A stretch of 64,000 nucleotides of DNA from Gammaproteobacteria bacterium (GTDB taxonomy: Bacteria > Pseudomonadota > Gammaproteobacteria > Eutrophobiales > Eutrophobiaceae). Positions 1 through 9,902 of the stretch are shown in pieces. The notes under the pieces were generated by a model. The model did not search any database. It worked only from the letters and a program-made list of their open reading frames with translations, and was not told the origin of the DNA. Both the position numbers and the translations under genes were made by a program. Within the stretch, counting starts at the first letter, position 1, and the number at the start of each line of letters is the position of its first letter. The stretch spans positions 769,217-833,216 of the forward strand of contig CBDEUC010000003.1 in the NCBI GenBank assembly GCA_965243105.1, written 5' to 3'.

Positions 1-2
1 CT

Positions 3-1436
3 GTCGAAACCAACACCAACGGTTTCTACAATCGCGATCACTACGGTTTCACAGGTACTATCACCTGGAATACCGCATTCGGTGAAATCACCTCTATCAC
101 TGACTGGCAGGATTTCAAGAAGCGCTACCTGGAAGACACCGACTCCACGCCGCTTCAGCTTTTTGACTTCTTCCAGGACATGGATTCCAACCAGATTTCA
201 CAGGAATTGCGCCTGCGTGGCGAAAATGAACGCATGAAATGGACGGTTGGTTTCTACTACCTGAATATCGACAGTGACTTCAGGGTAGGTGTTGATGGTG
301 CTGGTACCGGTGTCAATGTTGACCCCGCAACCGGTGCACCTATTGGACCTCTTGACCAGGACAGCTTTGGTGCCATCGGTATCAGCCTGGACAACAGGTA
401 TTCGCTGGAAACAGACACCTACGCCTTCTTCGGTCAGCTGGAATATGACCTGACCGACCAGTTCACTCTCTCTGCAGGTATTCGTTATACCCATGACGAG
501 AAGGATATCAACGTGACACCGCTTTGCGGCTTTGCACCTGGACTTGCTGACATTAGTAATGCCAACTGCCAGTTCCTTGCTAGCCTTGGTACCTTCGCCC
601 AGGGTGGTTTTGGCGACATCGTACAGGGTCTCGGTCTTGTTGATAGCCGTACAGAGGAAGACTGGTCAGGCCACGTTGAGTTGAACTATCGACACAACGA
701 TAACTGGCTCTACTACGGTAAGATTACCCGTGGTCACAAGGCTGGTGGCTTCAACTCCGGCGGTACGCTTTTCTTTACCCCTGCTCAGGCAGAGTTTGAC
801 AGCGAACTGCCTATCTCCTACGAAGTTGGTTTTAAAGGTACCTTCTGGGATGGCCGTGCCAGGTTGAACGCTGCAGCTTTCTACATCGATTACGAAGACT
901 TCCAGACTTTTACCCAGCTGGGTCTGAGCCTGCTGCTGTTCAACATCGATGCCCGAGTCTATGGTTCTGAAATCGAGCTGGCACTGAACCCGGCCGACGG
1001 TTGGGATGTGCTGTTCGGACTTTCACTGCTGGATGCAGAACAGGAAGACCTGTTTGGGCCCGGTGGAGCTATCAACCGCCCCATGCCGAACTCGCCTGAC
1101 GTGAGCTTTAACGCACTGGTACGATACGAGTTCCCGGTCAACGTCGACATGTTCAAAGGCAACATGGCCCTGCAGCTGGACGGTCAGTATGTTGATGAAC
1201 GTTCACTGAACGGCATCAACCACCCTTCCCTTCTCGATGGCAATTATGTTGTTATGAATGCCAGCGTCGGCTGGAGGTCTGATGATGACAAGTGGGAAGC
1301 CAGGCTCTACGTGAAGAACTTCACCGACGAGTATTACATTCCTACCGTATTTGACCTTGCCACGATTCAGGGTACCAACATTGAGCAGGCACCTGCTCCA
1401 CGCTGGTTCGGTGGCAGCCTCAGGTACAACTTCTAA
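3..1436 (+). CDS. TonB-dependent outer membrane receptor, C-terminal beta-barrel part (5' end lies outside the window)
   Basis: Frame is open from base 3 (VETNTNGFYNRDHY...) through ORF 180..1436. TBDR barrel motifs 'GHKAGGFN', 'SYEVGFKG', 'LYVKNFTDEYY'; C-terminal 'PRWFGGSLRYNF' ending in Phe. Confidence 0.93.
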   Translation, partial: VETNTNGFYNRDHYGFTGTITWNTAFGEITSITDWQDFKKRYLEDTDSTPLQLFDFFQDMDSNQISQELRLRGENERMKWTVGFYYLNIDSDFRVGVDGAGTGVNVDPATGAPIGPLDQDSFGAIGISLDNRYSLETDTYAFFGQLEYDLTDQFTLSAGIRYTHDEKDINVTPLCGFAPGLADISNANCQFLASLGTFAQGGFGDIVQGLGLVDSRTEEDWSGHVELNYRHNDNWLYYGKITRGHKAGGFNSGGTLFFTPAQAEFDSELPISYEVGFKGTFWDGRARLNAAAFYIDYEDFQTFTQLGLSLLLFNIDARVYGSEIELALNPADGWDVLFGLSLLDAEQEDLFGPGGAINRPMPNSPDVSFNALVRYEFPVNVDMFKGNMALQLDGQYVDERSLNGINHPSLLDGNYVVMNASVGWRSDDDKWEARLYVKNFTDEYYIPTVFDLATIQGTNIEQAPAPRWFGGSLRYNF

Positions 1437-1460
1437 TTATGTAAGTATTATGTAGTTACC

Positions 1461-1488
1461 AAAACCCCGCTTCGGCGGGGTTTTTTTT
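1461..1488 (+). terminator. Rho-independent terminator
   Basis: AAAACCCCGC-TTCG-GCGGGGTTTTTTTT: GC stem, UUCG loop and U-tract shortly after the TBDR stop. Confidence 0.9.
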
Positions 1489-1528
1489 GCCTGTATAATT
1501 TTAATTTCATCATAAGGATGAATTCCAA

Positions 1529-2881
1529 ATGTTGAAATTCAGCGGCGCCAGCATCGTAGCCGGTACATCCCGTGCCGACAAAATAGAAGGTGATACACAA
1601 TTACCCGCCGAAGTCGATGTTGTAATTATCGGTGGTGGCATCATCGGTTGCGTCACTGCCCTTGAACTGGCCGAACGTGGCGTTTCCGTAGCCCTTTGTG
1701 AGAAAGGCGCCGTCGCCGGTGAAGCATCAGGTCGGGCTGTGGGCTTACTTGAGTACGAACTTCTCTCTCCTATCAAGATGGAGCTCCTCGCCCACTCCCT
1801 TGAACGCTGGCGCACCCTGCCTGAACGCGTAGGCGGTGATATGGGTTTCAAAGATCAAGGTATGGTTTCCCTCTTCAATGATGAGAATCACGCTGCTGTT
1901 GCGGAGAGCTGGCTCAAAGACATGCAGGGTATAGCGGGAATCGATGCCCGCATGCTATCGCCCGAGGAAATAAATCAACTGGATCCGGCCTTTGGAACAA
2001 ACTGGCAAAGTGGCCTTCACCAGGCCAATGCCATTGCAGTTGAACCGCGTCTCGCAGCACCTGCAATAGCAAGAGCGGCCAGGGAAAAAGGCGCCAAAGT
2101 ATTGCAATCCTGCGCTGTGAGGACAATCGAACGACAGGCCGGACGCATCACTTCGGTCGTAACAGAAAAGGGGGCAATTAAAACCAGCAATATTGTTATT
2201 GCTGGTGGAATCTGGTCATCAATGTTGATTGCCCATCTTGGTATTGAACTACCGCAAATGATGATCTTCGCGCAACAGAACAGTGTGGAACCCATAGAGA
2301 ATGGTCCCAGGATAGATGGCATGAATCCCGCCGGGTACTTTCGCCGCGAGCCGGACGGTGGCTATTTATTTGGCGCCGCGGCCGGGCGAGTACCCATCAC
2401 TCTTCCACTGTTAAAAAGTATTCCAAAGTTAATGAAGGCGCCCACGGACGTGGACCAGGAAATGTATCCGGCAGTAAGCTTAAATACTTTTCTCTGGGAA
2501 ATGAGGGCGAGTCGAAAGCCCGCCGTTGGCATACCTTCAGTCTTTGAAGAGTACCGTGTATTCCAACCTGCACCTATGGATGAGCTGGAAGGCGCTGTCG
2601 AGGAAATGGGCAAGTACATACCTGCTTTTGCAAATTGCAAAGTGAGGGAACGTTATACCGGCTCACTTATGACCACCATGGACAACCTGGGGGTTATCTC
2701 GCCGGTGCAAAGTATTCCCGGCCTTTTTATTGCTACGGGGATGCTCTATGGGCTTACCACCAGCGCAGCTACCGGTGAAATTCTCGCCGACATGATCACT
2801 GGCGAAACACCGAAGGTGAACGTTTCGCCCTATCGCTATGAACGTCTTATTGATGGCACGCCCTTTGTGTTTCATCCCTGA
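1529..2881 (+). CDS. FAD-dependent oxidoreductase, DAO/DadA (D-amino acid/sarcosine oxidase-like) family
   Basis: Rossmann 'VVIIGGGIIG', 'LCEKG...AGEASGR', 'VIAGGIWS', C-terminal 'GLFIATG...ATGEILAD'; 450 aa. Confidence 0.85.
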   Translation: MLKFSGASIVAGTSRADKIEGDTQLPAEVDVVIIGGGIIGCVTALELAERGVSVALCEKGAVAGEASGRAVGLLEYELLSPIKMELLAHSLERWRTLPERVGGDMGFKDQGMVSLFNDENHAAVAESWLKDMQGIAGIDARMLSPEEINQLDPAFGTNWQSGLHQANAIAVEPRLAAPAIARAAREKGAKVLQSCAVRTIERQAGRITSVVTEKGAIKTSNIVIAGGIWSSMLIAHLGIELPQMMIFAQQNSVEPIENGPRIDGMNPAGYFRREPDGGYLFGAAAGRVPITLPLLKSIPKLMKAPTDVDQEMYPAVSLNTFLWEMRASRKPAVGIPSVFEEYRVFQPAPMDELEGAVEEMGKYIPAFANCKVRERYTGSLMTTMDNLGVISPVQSIPGLFIATGMLYGLTTSAATGEILADMITGETPKVNVSPYRYERLIDGTPFVFHP

Positions 2882-2893
2882 ATAGAAAAACGG

Positions 2894-4351
2894 CTAGGTA
2901 AATATCTCCCTTGCCTCGCTGACAATGTCATCTTTTTCCTGGTGCGGGCCATTGAGGAAAAACATGGATGTGCTGAGGTATTGCCTGCGCCAGGGTGACT
3001 GCATCCATTGATAGTTTTCAATCACGGCTTCAGCGTACTTGAAATCGTGGGAGTTGCCGGCATAGTCAAGGGTATATTGCCTTGCCAGTCGAATAAACCT
3101 GGCTGCTTCACCTCCCTCATTTAAAACAGTAAAAGCCTTTTGAATCGACTGGTAGCGGCTGTTCGGCATCTCTGTAAAAGCCTCTTCAACACTGTCGCAG
3201 GGAAGGCCTTCAAGATCTTCCAGCTTCAAATCGCGTCGGCTTGGACCGCTGTCTCTTCTAAACAGGGCGACCATGGCGGCGGATTGAAGCAGCAGTAGTG
3301 TTCTCGCTTTCGCATCAGTGGTTTCCAGGTACATGTAATACAGTGCATTGACCATGGTGTTAGCATGCAGGGCAAAGAAGCTGGACTTGTTCAGCATGGT
3401 TTCACCTGCACCGCCGAGCAATGCCTCCCACAGTACAGGTGGCATTACTGCATCATTTAGCATGGAAGCGACAGCCAGGCTTGCCTCACGGTGATTTCCG
3501 CTACGCAGCGACTGGATTAATTCATACCCTGCCGACCAGTCCGGTTTACTGTTGCCAGCATTGAGATTAATTGTGTGCAGCAGCTCCCTGTTCAATCGCC
3601 ATGCGCGATCAGCAAAGTAATCATTCTCATGTGGTTTCTCATCACCTTCGTCATTGATGATGGCTGCCACTGTCGAGCGCAGCATGGATTCAGCTCCGTA
3701 GCCCCGGTTAACCTTTAACATGCGTAATGCATTCGCAGCAGTGATGGGTTTATGCCCAAGAGAACGGTAGTCACGGGCTGAGTAAGGCATTAGCACCTGC
3801 ATCACATCCCCCGCGGAACTTGCCCTGCTGAGTTGCACCACGGCAACTTCGGCGCCTTCTCTGTCCCAGTTATGCAATGCATCCTCCAGGTTCTTTCTCG
3901 CCTGCCTGGCGCTGACCTTGTTGATATTCAGCTCCGTCATTTGCCAACCACTTCGCCTGAGCTCATCGCGCTGGGTGCGCTTGAAATAATCAAGCTGCCA
4001 CAGCATAGGCAGCACCCTTTCCTTTTCCGGCAAAGATTCAATCAGCAAATGCAGTGACTGCAGCACCATCACGTTGTGGTACTTGTAACCCACGCTCGGG
4101 TAGGGCTGAACATTGCGCGTTGCCGCCTTGCTGCCAGCCGCCAGCAGGGTCCTGTAGTCAAGGCCTTGTCTTATCCTGTTGATGCCCTGTTCGAGAATTT
4201 GATCGCGGGGAGTTTCTTCCATCCATGTAACAAGCTCATCCAGCGCAGTCTTGCCTGACCTGGCGAATAGTGAGGAAGAAAAAGCGCTGGAACCGACCAG
4301 GCCGGCGCTAGTCTTGAGAAAGCTCCTGCGGGTCAGGGGATGAATTGCCAT
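2894..4351 (-). CDS. Tat-exported protein of unknown function (485 aa, mostly helical)
   Basis: Twin-arginine signal 'TRRSFLK' followed by a hydrophobic segment and 'LFA'; long ORF co-oriented with upstream genes. Confidence 0.7.
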   Translation of the reverse strand: MAIHPLTRRSFLKTSAGLVGSSAFSSSLFARSGKTALDELVTWMEETPRDQILEQGINRIRQGLDYRTLLAAGSKAATRNVQPYPSVGYKYHNVMVLQSLHLLIESLPEKERVLPMLWQLDYFKRTQRDELRRSGWQMTELNINKVSARQARKNLEDALHNWDREGAEVAVVQLSRASSAGDVMQVLMPYSARDYRSLGHKPITAANALRMLKVNRGYGAESMLRSTVAAIINDEGDEKPHENDYFADRAWRLNRELLHTINLNAGNSKPDWSAGYELIQSLRSGNHREASLAVASMLNDAVMPPVLWEALLGGAGETMLNKSSFFALHANTMVNALYYMYLETTDAKARTLLLLQSAAMVALFRRDSGPSRRDLKLEDLEGLPCDSVEEAFTEMPNSRYQSIQKAFTVLNEGGEAARFIRLARQYTLDYAGNSHDFKYAEAVIENYQWMQSPWRRQYLSTSMFFLNGPHQEKDDIVSEAREIFT

Positions 4352-4395
4352 ACCCCAAGTATAGTGCCTTTTTGAGAAGTAACCCCGAACCGGAG

Positions 4396-4938
4396 CTAGT
4401 CTTTCACTTCAAACAACTCGAAAGTCATCGCGCCGGGGCCGTTTACAAAGAGTACGCGAAATTCCTTTCCTTCAAAACTGGAATAACCATCGTCGTAACT
4501 ATCGGGGATTCGACCAAGAATCTCATAGCCCATGGAACCCAGTTTTTCTTCGAGTGCCATGGCGTTCTCAACCCAGATAGAAATATGCGCCACACCGGCG
4601 ACTTTTCCAACCGGGTGCAGCGGCAGGTCAGGATGAGGGGCCACTTCACCGGGGGCAGACAGTAATTCGAGTTTCTGGCCTCGACTGTCCTCGATGATAA
4701 TCCTTTCTCCCCCGGCTCGCCGCTCCGCCCTGAGTACGATGTTGTAATCCATCACCGCGCCCAGGAAAGCCAGCATTTCATCAGCATCTTCCACCCATAA
4801 GCCGGTGTGAAAAATACTTTTCACATGCTCTGCTGGCCTGTCGAGGATAGACATTTTATTTTCGGCAATGGCGGTAATTGATGTGAAAAAACATAAGGTG
4901 CTAAAGAGTAACAACGACCTGGAGTATATTAAATGCAT
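4396..4938 (-). CDS. VOC/glyoxalase-family protein with N-terminal signal peptide
   Basis: Paired VOC metal motifs 'FHTGLWV...LELL' and 'AHISIWV...FELFE'; hydrophobic N-terminus ending 'AIA'. Confidence 0.8.
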   Translation of the reverse strand: MHLIYSRSLLLFSTLCFFTSITAIAENKMSILDRPAEHVKSIFHTGLWVEDADEMLAFLGAVMDYNIVLRAERRAGGERIIIEDSRGQKLELLSAPGEVAPHPDLPLHPVGKVAGVAHISIWVENAMALEEKLGSMGYEILGRIPDSYDDGYSSFEGKEFRVLFVNGPGAMTFELFEVKD

Positions 4939-4975
4939 GGGTATTAACCTGCCCTTGATTTCTCAATGTATTTGC

Positions 4976-6376
4976 CTACCTTGGATCGATGGGTAAATGC
5001 TCGTCCACGTTTTTTTCAATGGCTTCGGCCACCTGCAGACAGCGCATTTCCTGGAATGGCGCACCAATCACTTGCACAGCCCGGGGTAAGCCATCTTTCT
5101 CTCCCATGGGAACAATGACTGAAGGTAGGCCAAGGGCATTGATGGCGACGACCATACGCATTGATTGGATGCTTTCCTTCGTCGATTCGTCGCTTTCGAT
5201 ATCAAAATCGATGGGCATCGGCGGATTTGTGCTAACCGGGGCAACAATCACCGAGTATTCCTGGAAGAATCCCATCCAGTCCCTGAGCACCCGTCTTCTA
5301 TCGCGGAAGGCCTGGAAGTATTTTTCGGCACTGAGATCGGGAAAGGCGGCCTGGTAGCGTTCAAAAGCCTGCTTGAGTGCCGCCCCACAAAATTCCTGAA
5401 CCGCGGGTTTCAGGTTATTAATCACTTCGAAATGCATCACGTCGAGCCAGATGTTTACTGCGTCCGCCAGTGTCGCGGGCTCGGCGTGTTCGGTGGCGTA
5501 TCCGGCGAACTTCAAACTTTCCTCCGCGTGCTGAATACCGCTGGCCACCTGCTCTGTCACACCTCGCTTCATGGGGTCCTTGATGATGGCGATGGGAAGA
5601 TCACTTTTTGCCGGTTCATCCAGGGGTGCGGGCACCCACCAGGGATCACGCCAGTCGCCTCTTGCCATGGCTCGAAGGCCAAGCCTGACATCGGCAATAC
5701 GACGTGCCATGGGGCCATCGGTGTTAAACAGCTGTGAACTGATCGAGGCCTCGTGTTCACTTGGGACATAATCCGGAATCCGACCCCATGAAGATCGAAT
5801 TGAAGCAATACCGCAGGCCTGGGCAGGCTGCCTGAGAGAGCCACCAATATCTGTGCCGTGGGCAAGTGGTGTCATACCTGCTGCAATGGATGATGCCGCT
5901 CCACCGCTGGAACCACCGGGTGTAATTGTTGAATCCCAAGGATTATAGGTCTGCCCGTAAACCTCGTTATTGGTATCCCAACGCACGCAAAACTCCGGGC
6001 AGTTGCTGCGCCCCACTACAACCGCACCTGCATCCAGCCAGTTTTGTACGGCCGGCGAGTTCTCCTTTGCAATATTATCTTTTAGCGCAGCACAGCCGTT
6101 GACCGTGGCCGAGCCTTCAAGATCAACGTTAAGCTTGATGCTGACCGGGACCCCGTGAAGTAAACCAAGTTCATCGCCACTTGCCACTGCCCTGTCCGCC
6201 GCATTCGCCGCTTCAAGTGCGGCATCAGCCGTGACTTCTGTCAGGGCATTGAGCCTGTCATTCGTGTCACCAATTCGGTCAAGGCAACTCTGTACCGCCT
6301 CGCGGCTGCTGAATTGCTTGTTGCGAATGCCATCTGCCATCTCGCATGCGCCCATGCGCCAGAGTTCATTACTCAT
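4976..6376 (-). CDS. Amidase signature family amidase
   Basis: 'LHGVPVSIK' (catalytic Lys), 'PGGSSGG', 'GTDIGGSLRQPA' (Ser-cisSer-Lys triad). Confidence 0.92.
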   Translation of the reverse strand: MSNELWRMGACEMADGIRNKQFSSREAVQSCLDRIGDTNDRLNALTEVTADAALEAANAADRAVASGDELGLLHGVPVSIKLNVDLEGSATVNGCAALKDNIAKENSPAVQNWLDAGAVVVGRSNCPEFCVRWDTNNEVYGQTYNPWDSTITPGGSSGGAASSIAAGMTPLAHGTDIGGSLRQPAQACGIASIRSSWGRIPDYVPSEHEASISSQLFNTDGPMARRIADVRLGLRAMARGDWRDPWWVPAPLDEPAKSDLPIAIIKDPMKRGVTEQVASGIQHAEESLKFAGYATEHAEPATLADAVNIWLDVMHFEVINNLKPAVQEFCGAALKQAFERYQAAFPDLSAEKYFQAFRDRRRVLRDWMGFFQEYSVIVAPVSTNPPMPIDFDIESDESTKESIQSMRMVVAINALGLPSVIVPMGEKDGLPRAVQVIGAPFQEMRCLQVAEAIEKNVDEHLPIDPR

Positions 6377-6446
6377 ATCATCACACTCCCTTCAGATTGG
6401 GTGACTTCATCTGCCAGTTATATACCTACACCAGCATGGCCAGCAT

Positions 6447-7541
6447 CTAGGAAAATACTTCCCCGGCTATTTCAACGATCAACTCCAGCTTACGCCACTG
6501 CTCTTCTTCTGCAAGCAGATTTCCTTCTTCGGTGCTGGCAAAGCCACATTGCGGGCTTATGCAGAGCTGATCAATATCGGCATACTGGCTGGCTTCATCG
6601 ATGCGCCTTTTTACATCATCCTTATTTTCTATCTCACCCGTCTTGCTGGTGATGAGTCCAAGCACGGCCTGCTTGCCTTCTGGCAGGTACCGCAGCGGCT
6701 GAAAGTCTCCGGCCCTGTCAGTGTCATACTCAAGGAAATAGCCATCGACATTAGTCTGGTTAAACAGGATATCCGCGATGGGTTCATAGCCGCCCTGGCT
6801 GAACCAGCTTGAACGGTAATTACCTCGGCAGCTGTGAGTGGTAATACGTAGATCTTCAGGCCGCCCCTCAAGCGCGCGGTTGATAGTCCTGGTATAGGTC
6901 TGCGCCAGCGCATCCGGATCTGTGCCCGCACTTTTCAGCTTCTCTCTTTGTTCCGCATCACAAAGGTGGGCAAATATGGTGTCATCCAGCTGCAGGTAAC
7001 GACAACCGGCATCATAAAAGGCCGTAATCGCATCATGATAAGTTTGAGCCAGGTCATCAAAGAAGACTTCAAGGTCGGGATAGACTTCTTCGCTGATTTC
7101 CTCCCGCCCGGTGCGAAAATGCAAAACACTGGGAGAGGGTATCGTCATCTTGGGGACGGCTGTGGTATTTTCAGCAAGAAACCTGAAATGTTCCAGCATG
7201 GCATGTCCCTTGAAAGCTACCTTGCCTGTCACCCTGACATTGTCACTGGTGGTCGTTACATCCCTGAACTGGATCGTTCGCTCGACCTTTTCTATGCCTT
7301 CAAGCCCCCAGTAAAAATCAAAGTGCCACTGGGAACGTCGAAACTCACCATCGGTGACGGCTTTAAGACCAATGGATTCCTGCTTGCTGATGATTTTTAG
7401 AATTTCTTGGTCTTCTACCTGCTTCAATGCTTCCCGCCCTAGCTCGCCAGCCAGGTATTTTTCCCTCGCCCGCTTCAGGGGCCCGGTGCGAAGAAGGGAG
7501 CCAACCATGTCAGCGCGAAAGGGGGCGAGCCGGGAAGTCAT
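6447..7541 (-). CDS. Cobalamin-independent methionine synthase II-like protein (single C-terminal barrel, YxjH-type)
   Basis: 'ADMVGSLLR', 'VTDGEFRR..WHFDF', Zn ligands 'THSCRGN', 'FLEYD', 'SPQCGFAS'; 364 aa, about half of MetE. Confidence 0.88.
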   Translation of the reverse strand: MTSRLAPFRADMVGSLLRTGPLKRAREKYLAGELGREALKQVEDQEILKIISKQESIGLKAVTDGEFRRSQWHFDFYWGLEGIEKVERTIQFRDVTTTSDNVRVTGKVAFKGHAMLEHFRFLAENTTAVPKMTIPSPSVLHFRTGREEISEEVYPDLEVFFDDLAQTYHDAITAFYDAGCRYLQLDDTIFAHLCDAEQREKLKSAGTDPDALAQTYTRTINRALEGRPEDLRITTHSCRGNYRSSWFSQGGYEPIADILFNQTNVDGYFLEYDTDRAGDFQPLRYLPEGKQAVLGLITSKTGEIENKDDVKRRIDEASQYADIDQLCISPQCGFASTEEGNLLAEEEQWRKLELIVEIAGEVFS

Positions 7542-7545
7542 GTCA

Positions 7546-8349
7546 TTACTTTATCACATCAGGATAGAACAGCTGTTCCCCACCAACCTTGAAATTACCG
7601 ATAATTGACTGGCCTTTTTCACCTCGAAGAAAGTCAACGTATTTGCGGGCGAGCTCACTTTTAACGTGCGAGTGTCGCGCGGGGTTAACCAGTATCACGT
7701 GGTAAGGGTTAAGCAGTTCGCTGGCTCCCTCGTACAGGACTTTCAGTTCCAGTTTGCCCCTGTAGGCGAGGTAAGTGCCGCGGTCAGTTAATGTATAGGC
7801 CAGTTTCTCGTTGGCGATCTGCAAAACCGCACCCATGCCCTGCCCCACGGACAGGTACCAGTCACCAGCGGGCGAGAGGGAAGCAGCCTGCCACAGGCCC
7901 AACTCCTTTTTATGGGTGCCGGAATCGTCGCCCCGGGAAATAAACCCTGCGGTGGAGGCGGAAATAAGGCTCATCACTTTTGCCAGGTCTTTTGCACCTT
8001 GAAGACCGGCGGGGTCAGAAAGCGGGCCGACAATAACAAAGTCATTGTGCATGACCGGTAAGCGTTCCACGCCAAAGCCACTCTCAACAAATTTCATTTC
8101 AGCACGGGGTGCATGCACCATGACAAGATCCACGTCACCATTTTCTCCAAGCTTGAGTGCCTTGCCCGTACCCACGGCTATCACGTCAACCTTTATCCCG
8201 GTCATTTTCTCAAACGGTGGATGCAGCTGGGCAAGTAAACCGGAATTGTCCGTACTGGTCGTGGTGGCCAATCTCAGGCGTTGCTCTGCCTGGACACTAC
8301 CTGCGATGCAAAGCATGGACAGGGTTATCGCGATAAATATTCTTTGCAT
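7546..8349 (-). CDS. tupA: Tungstate ABC-transporter substrate-binding protein (TupA family)
   Basis: Signal peptide, then 'LRLATTTSTDNSGLL' (TTTS motif), 'AVGTGKALKLG', 'FISRGDDSGTH', 'YTLTDRGTY', 'LLNPYHVI'. Confidence 0.9.
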   Translation of the reverse strand: MQRIFIAITLSMLCIAGSVQAEQRLRLATTTSTDNSGLLAQLHPPFEKMTGIKVDVIAVGTGKALKLGENGDVDLVMVHAPRAEMKFVESGFGVERLPVMHNDFVIVGPLSDPAGLQGAKDLAKVMSLISASTAGFISRGDDSGTHKKELGLWQAASLSPAGDWYLSVGQGMGAVLQIANEKLAYTLTDRGTYLAYRGKLELKVLYEGASELLNPYHVILVNPARHSHVKSELARKYVDFLRGEKGQSIIGNFKVGGEQLFYPDVIK

Positions 8350-8358
8350 TGATTTTCC

Positions 8359-9729
8359 CTAGAAATAAAAAACGGCCTGGGTATAAAAATAGCTGGCATC
8401 TTCCTTGCCGGCATTTTCCAGCAGGTCACCGGCAATGATGTGTGCCGCACCCGCTTCAAGTCGAAGGTTACCGGGAAAGACATCCCAGCGTACCCGTGTC
8501 TCTAGCTGGGTGCCAATGTAATTATCAGAAAATCCGGCAGGGTTCCTGAGCCCGGATGTCGTCCAGGCATCGTCATCTGAGGCCAGCCAGAAACCACGCA
8601 GCGCAGCCATAACATTGAATTTCTTTCGCGGTTTAAAGGCGATCCTTAAGCCGGGGGAACTCAGGTTGGAACGCGCAAAGGCACCAAAGATACTGGTCGG
8701 GCCAAAGTCAAAACGACGCGCCCCGAAAAGTGTACTGAAGCGATTGTTATCACCATCGAGTGGACTGTCATCACCGCTGGCGTAGTCATACTGGAAACGC
8801 AGGCGCGGAGACCAGGCAGTATCAAAGGAATAACCCACTTCAAAGTGTTGAAAGTGTGCGAAATGATCGAGGTCAACCGTTGCGGTGCGTGAAGCGCGGG
8901 ACTCGCCAAATTGAAAGATAGACTCAAGCGTGTAATCAAACTTTCCCTTTGAAGCCTTGCGATAAAGACGAAAGCCCGTTGTATAGATATCGCGATCGGA
9001 GGTAGCGAGTTCAGTGGTGTCATCCTCGTTCAGGCCAAAGAGGTACACCTCGCCTTTGTCCCCCCATGGCAGGGAAGCGGGAGAATAGTAGATACCCCAG
9101 AACCTCACATCGTCGCGCTCCTTGTCAAAGCGGGCATCGTTGTCCAGGATGCTGCTGCCGACGCGGCGCTGCACCGGCAGTGTATAAAACAGTCGAAACT
9201 GCTGCTGGTCTGCACCTGTCCACTGCCAGTCAACACCGGTAAAGGCGTTAATGGTGTTGCGGTAACGGTTTCGAGCAACCAGGCGACGGCTGCCCACGTC
9301 CATGGTGATTCGACCTGCCCTGATGCGGCTCTTGCTGCCGCTGGCAAACAGGTCGTCGATACTTGCTTCAACATACCCTTGAAGGAGCTCCAGCGGGTTC
9401 ACAATAGTGGTATTCAGGGGTGTGCCACTGTCTGCCAGCTCAGCACGGGAGTCCTGCAACTCCGCACCGAGAGTGAAAGCGTCAAGTTTCAACTTGCCAT
9501 GAACCAGGGTGCGAAATACGAATACCTGGTCACCACCATCACGCCCTGCCCTGAACTGTCCATCCAGGTTTTCAAGACGCATGCGGTGGGTTCCGGAGAG
9601 TGAAAGCCACGGAGGCAGCCCGGCACCCGTGTCGAGACGCCATGGTCCATCCTCGGCACGCAGGGCGCTGGCCATGAGCAGGCACAGGCAGGCGGTCAGC
9701 CACAGGGCGATGTTGAACAGGCGATACAT
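8359..9729 (-). CDS. Alginate-export (AlgE-like) family outer membrane beta-barrel protein
   Basis: Signal peptide; 'GRITMDVGSRRLVARNRYRNTINAFTG', 'YDYASGD', 'FSTLFGARRFDFGPT'; C-terminal 'YTQAVFYF'. Confidence 0.8.
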   Translation of the reverse strand: MYRLFNIALWLTACLCLLMASALRAEDGPWRLDTGAGLPPWLSLSGTHRMRLENLDGQFRAGRDGGDQVFVFRTLVHGKLKLDAFTLGAELQDSRAELADSGTPLNTTIVNPLELLQGYVEASIDDLFASGSKSRIRAGRITMDVGSRRLVARNRYRNTINAFTGVDWQWTGADQQQFRLFYTLPVQRRVGSSILDNDARFDKERDDVRFWGIYYSPASLPWGDKGEVYLFGLNEDDTTELATSDRDIYTTGFRLYRKASKGKFDYTLESIFQFGESRASRTATVDLDHFAHFQHFEVGYSFDTAWSPRLRFQYDYASGDDSPLDGDNNRFSTLFGARRFDFGPTSIFGAFARSNLSSPGLRIAFKPRKKFNVMAALRGFWLASDDDAWTTSGLRNPAGFSDNYIGTQLETRVRWDVFPGNLRLEAGAAHIIAGDLLENAGKEDASYFYTQAVFYF

Positions 9730-9902
9730 ATACGGGTTAAAGACGCGACAAGATTATTCCAGGGATACGAGAGAAGCTCAGTTGTTTTATTGCGGTTACA
9801 GCCGGTTACAGTTTCGTTGAAGAAATTGGTAAATGTCCGCCCATTATAAGGAATTTATCAGCGAGGTTCTTCTAATAAACTGCGCTCAAAAGCAGGTATT
9901 TT

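Noticed and set aside
6447-7541. Canonical metE
   Set aside because: Only one barrel (364 aa); cannot be the full two-barrel folate-dependent enzyme.
8359-9729. Alginate biosynthesis locus
   Set aside because: No alg genes nearby; the family name does not imply the substrate.
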